From the NCBI RefSeq assembly GCF_963921235.1, contig NC_086097.1:149980001-150044000 (forward strand): 64,000 nt of DNA, read 5' to 3'. The translations under genes and the position numbers were made by a program. Below, one piece after another: positions 11,636 through 24,515 of this stretch (position 1 is its first letter; every line of letters begins with the position of its first letter). The notes under the pieces are model-generated. The model was not told the origin of the DNA. It saw only the letters and a list, made by a program, of their open reading frames with translations, and made no database searches. Source of the stretch: Mobula hypostoma. Lineage: Eukaryota.

Positions 11636-13142
11636 TGATGTGAAGAGCTGGGAAGTGATAAGTGGAAGAGGTAAAGAATATTGTAAATTCTAAATAAATT
11701 TTACAATATCTCTAAAAGAAATGATTGGGATTACCTTGAGAAATTATTTCTTCTAAAGGGAAATAAGAACAAGTCAAACTAATGTTCACTATTCTCTCTA
11801 AGCTGTGCAGGTGTGGGGCCACACAGTTACTAAAATACTCCCATGCACATAGCATTTATTGCTGTGCAGCTGAAGTTTTCTTTTATATAACGTTAATATG
11901 ATTTTGAAATGTGTGTTAATATAATTGTGAAATACCCTGTAATTAATTATGTTAAATGAATATAATCCATAAATTTTCTAAATAATAAATGTACCATAAC
12001 TTTACTTTAAAACATTTTAAACGTTCAATTGCATTGTCAGTGTTTCAAGTTACAACAATGCAGAATGGAGTTGGTTATTAAACCACCAGTCTACTGAATG
12101 CCGATGCCAGCTGGTTAAAACACTTTATTTTTGCCATTGTGCCTGTCAGTTACTTACTGTGTTATGAGTTATGGTTTGTATTTATTTGAATTTGATGTAA
12201 AAAAAATCTATATTCTGATCTCTTTGGTTAGTAATCTTTCAAAAAAATCATGATCAAATAAGAGTTTTTAAAAATGTCATTATTTATTATGTTTTATTTC
12301 ATTTTTTGCATTTCATTATACCCTTCAATTAATAAATTCAAATGTATGTGAGTTTTCAATTTTCATTCTAAATATTCATATTATATAAAAAAACACTTAA
12401 AGTGCGTCATAATTTTCAGGCCATGTAAGAATGTCCTACTGAGAGGAATGGTTGGTTTCTGCAGCTGGAAAATGAATTAGAAGGTACCTTGCAAATTTGA
12501 GGCACGGATTTCACGAGTGGAATCACATGAAGGACTGAATTTTGACATTGATTCACTGAACACCTGAATTTTTGGTAAGGTCTGCCTGGACTAGAGGGTA
12601 TGTTTTGCAGTCATCTTCCTCCTTATTCCCGTGCTTTTTATTAAATGGGTCAAGAGGGTTTAACTTGTATATTTTTTTTGGTTTAGTTTATTTTTTAAAA
12701 TAAAATTTGGCATTTTCATTACTAATAAAACAGATGGTATCTATAAACTGCAACCAAACTACAATTGGTAAAGCATCTGGATTTAAAGGTATTTTAACAT
12801 TAACATTTAGCTACACCCCCAAAATGATCATCATCACATGACTGTCCCACGTTTCCCAATAATGTTTGTCTATATGTGCATTTTAAAAGACATATCTGGC
12901 ATTCTTAAAGCAAACTAAATATAAATAAATTTAGCATGGTGAATGTTCAATATCAGCACAGAAATTTAAAAAAATCTAAACCAACCTTAAGTGGCAATTT
13001 TCTGTTTATCTCAGTCGCTGCACTGTAAACACTTTTGTCTTTGAAACATTCTCCGAATATCAAGAAAATATGAGCAAAGACACTCATTGACACTCTTGAC
13101 GCTCCTTACGCTTGGCCCATTGCTTCAACCAGATGGTCACTT

Positions 13143-13650
13143 TAGAGTCAGAATCAGAAACAGAAAACAGATTTACCACTGACATAAATCACATGAAATG
13201 TTCCGTTTTGTGGCAACAGTACAGTGCAAATGTATTCCACTGCTATAAATTACAAAAAATAAGTAAATAGTGCAAAATAAAAGGAATAATGAGATTGTGT
13301 TCATGGGCCATTCAAAAATCTGACGGCAGAGGAGAAGAAGCTGTTTTTTCATTGTTAAGCGTGTGATGCACTATCAATTACTCCAAAAGACTGGAAGTAG
13401 AGTAAATACCAAAAGGCTTTTATTAGCAGTAAAATGTGACCTTGACCATGCTGAGTATCAGCCCCGGACTGAGAGGAGGAGTAGTGGCCCAATCACCTTT
13501 ATTCAGGGGTCTGTGGGAGGAGCCACAGGGGCAGTCAGCAGAGGGGCGTGTCCAGACAGGTAACCCAATTACAACATATATATATGGTTTACCACAGCGT
13601 GGGTCTTCAGGCTTCTATACATCCTCCCTGTTGATACTAACAAGAAGACC
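13143..13650 (-). mobile_element. Rex1/Babar 3' fragment, interrupted by solo LTR
   Basis: Reverse-complement tail agtcagaatcagaa; aagaagctgttt...gggtcttcaggcttc continues across the LTR. Confidence 0.75.
13364..13596 (-). mobile_element. Solo LTR, 233 bp
   Basis: TG...CA termini, 5-bp TSD gcgtg (13359-13363, 13597-13601), AATAAA on minus strand near 13420. Confidence 0.78.
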
Positions 13651-14278
13651 TTGAATGTTAATGAAGCAGGCTAACTTATAGCTGTTCTTCAGAGAAAATG
13701 AGAGAATGTTAGGTCATTGTTGTTCACCCCATACTTGACTATTTCGTCCTGTGATCAATTAACCTCTTTGCTCATATTTCTTGACATTCTGAGAATGTTT
13801 CAAAGACATTTTACTATCTTTGTATGTGGCAACCATCAAATGTCCATTCTTATGTTCTAAGATGGTTGTTTAGCTATCACATGCAGATGGATTGTGGTCA
13901 GGTTAGGACTGGCTTGGGTATTAATGTAATGCTGAAGCAGATCAGTAGACCCTTTTGTTTTCCAATACAGAATTACTATTGATTGTCTGACAGTGCCGTG
14001 AAAAACTCACCATTATGATCCAAAATATAATTCTTCAAGACTCACAATGACTTATCAAAAACATGGCACCTTTGTTTTCATTTGTCCTTCTTGCTGGGAG
14101 GTAAGTGAAACGTAATAGGCAAACTAGTCAAACAAATCTGAATCAGGCACTCATGAGTGCAAGCATATTTCTTTCTTTCGTTTCTTTCTTTAATAAACTC
14201 ATTGTCACAAATAATGATTAAGGAAATTCCGCATTCAAATTATATTCATGCTGGGTTATTTGATCTCAGCCAGGGTAA

Positions 14279-14325
14279 TCCTAGTTAAGTATAACTGGAC
14301 TTCCTAGTTAAGTATAACTGGACTT
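14279..14325. repeat. Perfect 23-bp tandem duplication
   Basis: tcctagttaagtataactggact occurs twice in tandem. Confidence 0.95.
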
Positions 14326-14424
14326 TTTGTCCTGAGACAAGAAGGAATAAAGGAAATTATTTTAGGGTGAGGGTTGGCATTCTGAGAAAACACATGTCAG
14401 TAGAATATGTGCTAAATAATTCAG

Positions 14425-14627
14425 GTTCTGCAAATCCGAAATAGGAACAGAAAATGCTGGGAAGAGTTGAAAGGTCAGGCAGCATGCATTGTGAATTTTT
14501 AAAAAATCTTTAAGCCAATGATCTTCATCGGCGCTGGATAGATTGAATGGCCGGAAACATCAACCGTATTCTTTTACATAGATGCTGCCTGGCCTGCTGA
14601 GTTCCTCCAGCATTTTGTGCGTGTTGT
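14425..14627. mobile_element. Old inverted pair of PLE termini
   Basis: aaaatgctgg...ggtcaggcagcat (minus) followed by ggccggaaacatcaac...gatgctgcctggcctgctgagttcctccagcatttt (plus). Confidence 0.65.
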
Positions 14628-15127
14628 GTGAATAACCTGCTTGCCGTTCAGGATGTTTGGAAATGAGTAGCTGAACTGTGCCAGAGACAGAGCTACACAC
14701 CAAGTCACCAATTAATGGTGTTATTGAAAAGGAACATTTCTCAGGAACGTAAACATGAGGAATTCTGCTACTACTGCTGCTTGTTGGGAGAGTGACAGGA
14801 ATAAAATCAAACCAGTCAGTATACTGGACATAATGCAGGAGAGATGGATTATTTGCTGAATGGCAAAAGTCCCATAATGAAAGATACGAAAGATGTCTAA
14901 TGTTGAAAGTAACACGTCAGTGGCACTAAAAACTGCATTGCAAGAAGATTTAAACAAACAAACCAGAGCTTCCAAGATAAGATTAGCCTCACCATTTCCT
15001 TTGAAACCAAACTTTTTCTTTGGGTCATGATCCCTTAATTTTAACAGGTTCAAAAGGCTACCATTTGCTTCCTTACAACTTTGTCCCCTATAGTATGTTT
15101 CAAAAACTTCACATCTCCAGCAGTGCA

Positions 15128-16005
15128 AAGTTCAAAGTTCAAAGTAAATTTATTATCAAAGTACATACATGTCAACTTATACTACCTTATGATTCATTTT
15201 CTTCCAAGCATTCATGGTAGATGCAAAGAAGCACCACTGAATCTATGAAAGCAATACATACAAGAAGGACAAATAACCCATGTGCAAAAGGCAATCAGCT
15301 GTGCAACTGCAAAAAAAAAATAAGCAATAAATATCAAGAACATGGATGAGGAATCATAGAGTCAAGAAAAGTACAACAGGTCCTTTGGCACATATTGAGT
15401 CCTTGAAAGTAAGCCCATAGGTTATGGGAACAGTTCAGTTTGGGGCGAATAAAATTGTCAATTCTGATGATTGAGGGGTAATAACTGTTCCTGAACCTGG
15501 AGGTGTGGGTCCTGAGACTCCTGTATCTCCTTTCTGATGGCAGCAGGAAGAAGAGAGCATGACCTGGATATGGGAGTCCTTGATGATGGATGCTGCTTTC
15601 TTGTGACACCACTCCTTTTAGATGTGATTCATGGAGGGGAGGGTTTTACCCATAATGGACTGGTCGGTATCCACTGCTTTTTGTAGGCTTTTCCTTTCAA
15701 GGGCATTGTGTTTCCATACCAGGCTGTGATGCAACCAGTCAGTATACTCTCCATCGCACATCTGTGGAAGTTAGTCAAAGTTTTAGTTGACATGCCAAAT
15801 CTTCCCAAGCGGCTGTGTTTTCTTTGTAATGCCACTAACACGTTGGTCTCAGGGCAGATCTTCTGAAATGATAATGCAGAGAATTTTAATTTCAGACCCT
15901 GTCCATCTTTGATTCTCCAATAAGGAAAGGCTCATGGACCTCCAGTTTCCTTCTCCTATAGTCAATAATCAGTCAATAAGTGGTCTTGCTGATATTGAGT
16001 GAGGT
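15128..16005 (-). mobile_element. Rex1/Babar 3' portion
   Basis: ORFs 15334 (LLPSERRYRSLRTHTSRFRNSYYP) and 15629 (ESILTGCITAWYG); tail aagttcaaagttcaaag. Confidence 0.85.
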
Positions 16006-16044
16006 GATTCATCACCAAGCCTAGATCTTTTCACCAAATTGTCG

Positions 16045-18578
16045 GAATCAGAACCAGAATCAGGATCAGGTTTAATATCACTAGCATATGTTGGGAAATT
16101 TGATGACTTAGTGGCAGCAGTACAATGCAATATATAACAATATAGAAAAATAAATAAATAAGTAAATCAACTACAGTAAATATACATATATATGCATGTG
16201 TGTGTATTAAATAGTTAAATTAAAATAATACAAAAATAGAAATAATAAAAGCGAGGTGGTTTTCCTGGTTTCAATGTCCATTTAGGAATCGGATAGCAGA
16301 AAGGAAGAAACTGTTCCTGAATCACTGAGTGTGTGCCCTTAGACTTTTATACCGCCTTCTTGATGATAACAATGAGAAGAATGCATGTCCTGGATGACTG
16401 GGTTCCTGAAAGATGGACACCATGTTTTTTTGAACGACCACTCTTTGAAGATGTCTTCGTTCACTTCTGTAGGTCAAATTTGAAGACTGAATATAGTATT
16501 AATGTTAAGACTCTTGGAAGTGTGGAGGATCAGAGAGATCTTGGGGTCCATGTCCAGAGGACACACAAAACTGCTGCACAGGTTGACTGTGTGGTTAAGA
16601 AGGCGTATGGTGCATTGGCATTCATCAACCGTGGGATTGAGTTCAAGAGCCATGAGGTAATGTTACAGCTATATAAGACCTTGGTCAGACCCCACTTGGA
16701 GTACTGTGTTCAGTTCTGGTCACCTCACTATAGGAAGGAAATGGATACTATAGAGAGAGTGCAGAGGAGATTTACAAAGATGTTGCCTGGATTGGACGGT
16801 GTACCTTATGAGAATAGGTTGAGTGAACTTGGCCTTTTCTCCTTGGAGCGACGGAGAGTGAGAAGTGACCTGTTAGAGGTGTATAAGATGATGAAATGCA
16901 TTGATCGTGTATAAGATGATGAAAGGTTTTTTCCCCCAGGGCTGAAATGGCTAACACAAGGGGGCATAGTTCTAAGGTGGTTGGAGGAGATATCAGGGGT
17001 AAGTTTTTCACACAGATAGTGGTGGGTGTGTGGAATGCACTACCAATGACGGTGGTGGAGGCGGATACAATAGTGTCTTTTAAGAGACTCAGTTAGATAC
17101 TTGGAGCTTAGAAGATTAGAGAGCTATGTGGTAGGGTAATTCTGGGCAGTTTCTAGAGTAGGTTATATAGTCGGCACAACATTGTGGGCTGATTTCTATG
17201 TTTTTATGTTCTTTGGATACTATGGAGGCTAGTATCCAAGATGGAGCAGACTAATTTCACACCTTTCAATATCTCACTCTTTTATGCCCTCATCTCCATC
17301 TGTGATTGTTTCAACAATGGTTGTATCATCAGCAAATTTATAGATGGTATTTGAGCTATGCCTAGCCACACAGTCATGGGTACAGGGAGAGTCGAGCAGT
17401 GGGCTAAACAAACAACCTTGAGATGCACCGGTGTTGATTGTCAACGAGGAGGAGCTATTAATACCAATCTGCACAGATTGTGGTCTTCCAGTTAGGAAGT
17501 CAAAGGTCCAATTGCAGTGGGAAACACAGAGATCCAGGTTCTGTAGCTTATCGATTAGGACTGTAGGAATGATGGTGTTAAATCCTGAGCTAAAGTCGTT
17601 GAACAGCATCCTGACATAGGGTGTTTGTATTGTTCAGGTGATCTAAGGCCATGTGAAGAGCTATTGAGATTGCATCTGCTGTAGACCTATTGTGGTGATA
17701 GGCAAATTGTAGTAGGTCCAAGTCTTTGAGGAGACAGGAGTTCATTCTGGCTATGACCAACCTCTCAAAGCATTTCATCACATTAGATGTGAATGCTACT
17801 GGATGATAGTCATTAAGGCAGCTCACACCACTTTTCTTGGGCACTGGTATAATTGTTGCCCTTTTGAAACAGGTAGGAACTTCCAACCATAGCAGTGAGA
17901 GGTTGAAAGTGGCCTTGAATAAACCAGCCGGTTTGTTGGCACAAGTTTTCAGAGCCTTACCAGGTACTCCATCGGGACCTGCCGCCTAATGAGGGTTCAC
18001 CCTCCTGAAAGACAACCTGATATTGGCCTCCGAGACAGAGATCACAGGGTCACTGGGTACAGCAGGGATCTTCACAGCTGTGGTTATATTCTCCCTTTCA
18101 GAGCAGGCATAAAAGGTGTTGAGCTCATCTGGTAGTGAAGCGTTGCTGTTTGTCATGCTATTGTGTTTTGCTTTGTAGGAAGTAATGTCCTGCAAACCCT
18201 GCCAGAGTTGATGTGCATCCAATGTCGCCTACAAGTTCACTCGGAATTGTCTCTTTGATCATGAAATAGCCCCCCCCCGCCCCCCCCCCCCCCCCCCGCA
18301 AGTCATACCTGGTTTTCTTGTTCAGGCCTTGGTCCCCTCCTGGTTCATCCACAGCTTTTGGTTTGGGAACGTACAGCAAGTTTACATAAAGCACACACTC
18401 ATCCATATAGGTTTTAATGAAGTCAGTAACAACTGCGACAGGTTCGATGATGAATCCCTGAATACAGTCCTGTCCACCAATTCAAAGCAGTCCTGTAAGC
18501 ACTCCTGTGCTTCCCTTGTCCATACCTTCTTGGTCCTCACCACGGGTGCTGCAGTCTTCAGTATTTTCCTATACTCAG
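16045..18578 (-). mobile_element. Rex1/Babar LINE, decayed, interrupted by CR1
   Basis: ORFs 17274 ([16 protein letters not shown]), 17590 (FKRATIIPVPKK), 17986 (SLPDELNTFYA), 18382 (LQDCFELVD); tail gaatcagaaccagaatcagg. Confidence 0.9.
16459..17212 (+). mobile_element. CR1 3' fragment nested in Rex1
   Basis: ORF 16333..16914 LYKTLVRPHLEYCVQFWSP; close match to 10860-11630. Confidence 0.92.
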
Positions 18579-18579
18579 G

Positions 18580-18875
18580 GAATATGTCAGAAACTGCTGA
18601 TCTTCTGGGATTTTTATGCACAACAGTTTCTACAGTTTACAGAGAATGGTGCGAAAAACAAAAAAAATCTAGCGAATGGTAGCTCTGTGGGCAAAAATGC
18701 CTTGTTAATGAGAAAGGTCAGAGGAGAATGGCCAGACTGGTTCAGTGTGACAGGATGACAGCAGTAACTTAAATAATCACATGTTACCACAGAGTCTGCA
18801 GAAGAGCATCTCTGAATGCACAACACGCTGAGCCTTGATATGGATGGGCTACAACAGCAGAAGACATTGAACATA
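18580..18875 (+). mobile_element. Tc1/mariner transposase N-terminal (HTH) fragment
   Basis: SETADLLGF..TTVSTVYREWCEKQK, then LVNEKGQRRMARLV-like and KSISECTTR...MGYNSRR-like segments. Confidence 0.8.
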
Positions 18876-20244
18876 TATTCAGTCCATATCTGTGGACAAG
18901 TCCTCACAACATATAAAGTCAAAATGTAAGAAGTATCTTCAACCAATATACATGGTCTTTTTTGACCTCACAAAAACTATCCATTGAAAGGGACTGTGTG
19001 CAACTCCAAACTAAGCTGTATTATTGCCCCAGAGTTTCCATAACACTACTGGCTGAAATATGAACCTCATCTCCAACAAGCATCCTGCTAAAGAGTTAAT
19101 TTGCTGGATAAATGGGAAAATTTTCAACTGAAGTCACCCACATTCCAAAATCAAGGTCATCCTAATTTCTACCTGGTCCCACTGTATACTCTGACAGTGA
19201 AGATCTGTGGCCAGATTCCTGACAAAGTGAGAGATGTTTTCAGTGAATGGCTTCTGGTAAGCTAGTGTCGCATTCAATCGCAGTGGCTTCTACAAGGTCA
19301 ATCAAATTAAAGTCGTGCGGGTTTACCCCATCAGTGACATGCTCATAGGCGGAGACACTGAAGGAGCTGGAGTTGGTGTGGATCGTGCTGCTGCCTATAT
19401 CAGAGGTATGGGATGAGAAGAGTGTGCGAAGGTGGTGGGCAGTCTAACAACGAGAGATCATCTTTGTCACTTTCCTTGTGGTCGGTTGCCTTCAATTAGC
19501 ATGCCATGTTGTTAGAATGACCAAAAACGGACTCTCGTCCAAGCTCTGTCACAAGAAAGCAAAAAGGGCTGTGAACAATCAGGCAGACGGGCAGCATCTG
19601 TGGAGAGAGAAACAGGGAAAGAAAGAAAACAATGTGCAGGAGATGGCAACAGGCACAGAAATTGAGCAGGAGTCTGCAGTGAGGCTTATATTCAGTGACG
19701 GCAAAGAGGAAAAGAGGAGTGTAGACAGAGGCACTCTAGGTGGCTTGGCTGGTGAGGTGGAAGGAGTAAGAATCTGATAATGATGGATGATTCACTAGAC
19801 AGTTTTCAAAATGAAAACATTCTGGGATCTCCCCCAAAAACTGTAACAACCACCACCAACTCATGGGGATTCCTGGACAATGAGCTTTCAAAATGTACTT
19901 GGGATGGAACGGAGAACTCGAGATGTTCATACAGAAGTGATAGGAAGATTGTACATCCCCCAGATTGTCATGTATCTCCTGCCCATCTTGGGATTGTCTG
20001 CAATTCTGAGAATTTCATCAGTCACAACTGATGAAATTGCAGAACTGATGTGAAAACAATTATCGTCCCTGACTCAGAGAGACTGCCAAATAGGGAAAAG
20101 AGGCTGAGAGATAAACACAAGTTCTTGTTTTGTTTATAAGCGCAAAACAGTGTCAAAAAGTAAATTGAAAGACAAATTGTACACTGATATTTATCCAATA
20201 TAACATTTAATTTTATGCAATAATTGAGCATATTTTGAAAGAAC

Positions 20245-21330
20245 CATGAAAAACTGTGAGCATGAGTTTGGTCCTTTAAGCCTGCCCCACCATTTAGATT
20301 ATGAGGACATGCAGTCCTCTTTTATTGTCATTTAGTAATGCATGCATTAGGAAATAATACAATATTCCTCTGGTGTGATATCACAGAAACACAGGACAGA
20401 CCAAGACAGAAAAACTGACAAAAACCACATAATTATAACATATATTTACAACAGTGTAAGCAATACCGTAACTTGATGAAGAACAGGCCATTAGCACTGT
20501 AAAAAGCTCAAAGTCACTCGTAAATCCCACATCTCACGCAGACGGGAGAAGGAAGAAAACTCTCCCTGCCATACCCGACCACAGTCCGACTCTGAGTCGT
20601 CCGAAAGCTTCGAGCTCTGACCAGCCCTCCGACACCGAGCACTGAGCACCATCTCTGCCGAACACTTCGACCCCAGCCCTGGCTGCCAGCAGCAGGCAAA
20701 GCCGAGGATTTTGGGGCCTTTCCTCTGGAGATTCTCGATCGCACAGTAACAGCGGCAGCGAACCAGGCATTTCAGAAGTTACTCCAGATGTTCCTCTGTG
20801 CTCTCACAGCTGTCTCCATCAAATCAGAATTGTGCACGGCCCCTACTTAACAATACGATATAATTTCACCGGAAAGGCTATGCGCACTGCATTGCGTCGC
20901 CATCTTCTCCTCCCGCTCCATTTATTACTATCGTGATTGATATCAATCACAATACCATAATTGCCCTCTCTCCTTATACCCCATGATGTCTTTTATATCT
21001 GTAAAAGAGTGTACCTCCTTCATAAATATATTTACCCATTTGACCCCTCAATCCCCTGTGGTAACAAACTCCATAGGTTCACTAGTCTCTGAATGAAGGA
21101 ATTCTTCTTCATCTTGTACCAAATACTTGATCCTGTTTCATGAAACTGTGACTCCAAATTCTATACCTTCCCACCTCCTAGGGAAGGATTCTCCTCCCTT
21201 CGAGACTATTGAATCTCCTTGGAATTTTCTATGTCTTAACTAGCTCCATGTCATTCTTCTTAAATCCTGTAAATGCAAATCCATTTGAATTAGTTTCTTG
21301 CTATATGACAATGCTGTAATCAGAAGTTAT
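20245..21330 (-). mobile_element. Old CR1 3' fragment hosting the 20297-20917 insertion
   Basis: cctgccccaccattta...; ccataggttcactagtctctgaatgaaggaattcttcttcatc is the reverse of CR1 FFSQRVVNLWN. Confidence 0.6.
20297..20917 (-). mobile_element. Non-autonomous LINE-like element (GC-rich head + Rex1-type tail), 7-bp TSD
   Basis: TSD ccattta (20290-20296, 20918-20924). Minus strand starts gagcgggaggagaagatggcgacgc and ends aatgacaataaaagaggactg...ataatc; no RT ORF. Confidence 0.7.
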
Positions 21331-22249
21331 TCTGGCATAAGTGTCCTAAATTATAGTCAATTTGAAACCACAAGATTGTAATGTCAACACAATCCTGCAT
21401 ATTTTTTTCAATGAGAATTTTTCTTTTAGATATTTCGAAGCGGCAATTTGAGTAAAACAGCTGAAGACTAATTTAGTACAAAATGAAACTTTTTTAAAAA
21501 GTGTTATTCCCACAACTCTGAATAACTACATTCCTCATGATTGAAATTCACTTAAAACAAATATACTAAACTATTTTCTACTTACATTGGATTAGATGAT
21601 AGGTTTTAACAAATTAAGTCAAAACTTACCATTAAAATATTATAAGTAGATCTCTTCATGACCTTGCATGCAAAAGAAGTGGATTAATTGTGGGAGCCTG
21701 CTAATGATAAATTCACCTTGGAATGTAGTCTGCATAATGTTTGCCAAACTGGTTCAAAAAGTTGTGGAAACACGAAAGGAGCAAGCTAAACCTCTATGGC
21801 CTGTTGTTCCTCTTACATTGATTTCAGGTAAGTATGTTTGAAAAACAGCAAGCACATTCAAGCAGAATTCTAGGTAGGGTAGATAGTCTATTTCCCTGCC
21901 CCCAACCCCATCAGAGGAGCATAAAACCTCTCCTTTAATTTGTTGTGTATCTTTTGTAAAGATATCATAGTTTCCATTTCCCTGATTCTGGCCTCCCAAC
22001 TGGTGGTTTGAGAGGTCATTCTCCAGAGATCAAAAAACAGGCAGGAAGCATCAATCACAATCCAAGAGGAAGCATGCCCAGAAATAGCCACAGTGTAACC
22101 AAATTAGCACTTTATGATGTAACTGTTTGTGTAGAGGATATCATACATTAAATTGTGATAGATCCGAGCTGCTCAAATGTTTTGCTCCGTAAATATACTG
22201 AATTTTGAGTCGGGTCATCTGCTGGGTTGGTAAACTGCAGATTCCGAAA

Positions 22250-22710
22250 GTCATAGACTCATAGAGTCAAAGAGCTGTACCGCAGTATAATGTGCCTTTT
22301 GGTCCATTTGATCCTTTTGTCCATCTACACTAATTCCTTTTGCCCTCATTAGGTTTGTACTTTCCTATTCCTTGCCTACTTAACTGTCTATTTGAATGCC
22401 TCCAAAACATAACAAATGCATTTGATCCCCCCACCCCATCCGGCAGTATGTTCACCACTTAAAACTCCTTCCTCTCTCCTTAATCCTTTGCCCATCTCTT
22501 TTTCTATTTTCCTCTGAAGGGAAAAAGATATGGACTGTCTACACTATCTAAGCCTCTCATAATCTTATAATTTTCTATCAGCCTCTTTTACTCCAGGGAA
22601 ACCAAGCCCAGCCTATCCAAGCTCTCTCTCCCCATGACTAAAGTCATTTATACAGGTAACATCCTGGTGAATCTTCTCTGCACTCTCTCTAGCTCAATGA
22701 CATTCTTTAG
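22250..22710 (-). mobile_element. CR1 3' fragment
   Basis: Tail agtcatagactcatagagtc; aacatcctggtgaatcttctctgcactctct is the reverse of ERVQRRFTRML. Confidence 0.75.
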
Positions 22711-23220
22711 TCATGTCCTTGGATGTTGAAATTCTGTGACCTGGGCAGCTATGGTGTTGATGCTAGAAAGTGGGATTAGGCTGGTTAGCTCTTTTCTAAA
22801 TGGCAATGACATGTTGTGCAAAACGACCTTCTATCTGGCAAATTTGCTATGATTCCATGATACTAGGATTGTTCATCTAGGTCACTATCTAATAGCCACT
22901 CATGGAAATCCTACTGGCGTGGCCACTGAGCAATGAAAAGACAGAGTACAGTTGTGATTCTGTCCTATTTCAGTAATGATATGCATCTCCCCTGATTGTG
23001 CATAGGACACAATTTCCTTTAGGTAATATGGGATGAAACAGTTTTCATCCTGCTGTGGGTTCAGTTGAACACTCTTGTTTCCGAAAGAGACAAGTTTTTG
23101 GTTCACCTTCTACTTCGGGGATGTGTTCCCGATCTAGACTGAAATTCCAGTGTAGCATTGAGATAATGCTGTGCTGATGCTGGTGATGCCTTCTGGCCAA
23201 TGCCTTAAACCAAGCTCCCA

Positions 23221-24515
23221 GTTGTAAATCCGAAATGTAAAACTAATTGAAAGAAAAACACAGAGCCAGTGATAACATGACTAGTTTTGCTTATACTTTA
23301 ATGAGGCATGCGGATATGACATAGTGGCATAATGACTATGCCACTCATGTACTTTTACATATAACCTGTAATGAATTGCGTAACTAAACAAAGAATACTT
23401 AATCAAACAATATCTTTACAATATTACTTAAATATTACTGAAATATTAAACACAACAATCTTCCCTGCTTAGCCATAAACTCCAACTCAATATAGTATGC
23501 AACTCAACTTATCTACATATATATACTATATAATACAACTACTATATAGACATCCATAACATAGTAATTTTTCATTTCCCCCATTCAGGCCTAAAGATTT
23601 AATTGGTGTGGAGGATTTCTTATCCTTGTGGAATAACGTTATTTCTGACAAGGCGGTAGGGGATTTGGTGTGGCAGGGGGTTACTCTGCTTGGCAGGTTA
23701 GACTTGTGGCTGTGAAACAATCTCAGTTCTCCTCCGTAGTGGTTGTAAGAGTTGACTCTGGAATTGCAGGAAGTGGTTCTGACAGCTCTGGCCACCTTTC
23801 TTCTCTAATCATTGTGTCATCTCTAGATGATGTCAGACACAATCTCCACTGTGTAGGAGAATGGTCTAATTCTGTCTTTAATCTTTCCAAGTACCCACTT
23901 TTGATCACCTCTGTAGTTAGAGGTCTGTGATCTTGGAAAAAAATGAATTAGGTACTACCCAATGATTAGACTACTAAGCTGGCAGTCACTTTTCATTGAC
24001 TATTTCTATTGTTTCAAAACACTTTTCAATGGACTCAGTACACAATATCCAGTTATCTCTTGTACAATCAAATGCATCTATCTTTTCGATACAACCAGCC
24101 ATTTCTTTTTTGAATTTATTATTGTTATCACCTGATACTCACTGTTTATGAAGCTGTGAATTTCATCTGTTTTCTGCCTTTTTTTTACTCGACCATTTTT
24201 CTGCTTTTGTGAAGAAAGCGTGCTGCACATTTTTAAAAGCTCAAATATCTTGCTGTGCTTCAACAGGTAAGTAGCCATCTTCGATATATTGTAACTCCAA
24301 AACATAAAGCTAATCAAAAGCAAAACATAGAGCCAGGGATAACATGTCTAGTTTAGTTTTTACTTTAGGGAGACGTGTACCTATGACATGGTGATGTAAC
24401 GACATATCCCATTCATGTACTTTTAATATAACCCATAATGAATTATGTAAACAATCAAAGAATGCTTAATAAAATGATATATTTACAATACCACTAAAAT
24501 ATTAAATACATAACA
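23221..24515 (-). mobile_element. Internally deleted Gypsy LTR element with two ~235-bp LTRs
   Basis: Direct repeats about 23221-23457 and 24283-24515; PPT-like cttccctgct next to 23457; integrase C-terminal remnant RYSTRIRNPPHQLNL* at about 23590-23640. Confidence 0.75.

Noticed and set aside
19780..20031. 83-aa ORF as host exon
   Set aside because: No recognisable homology or convincing splice sites.
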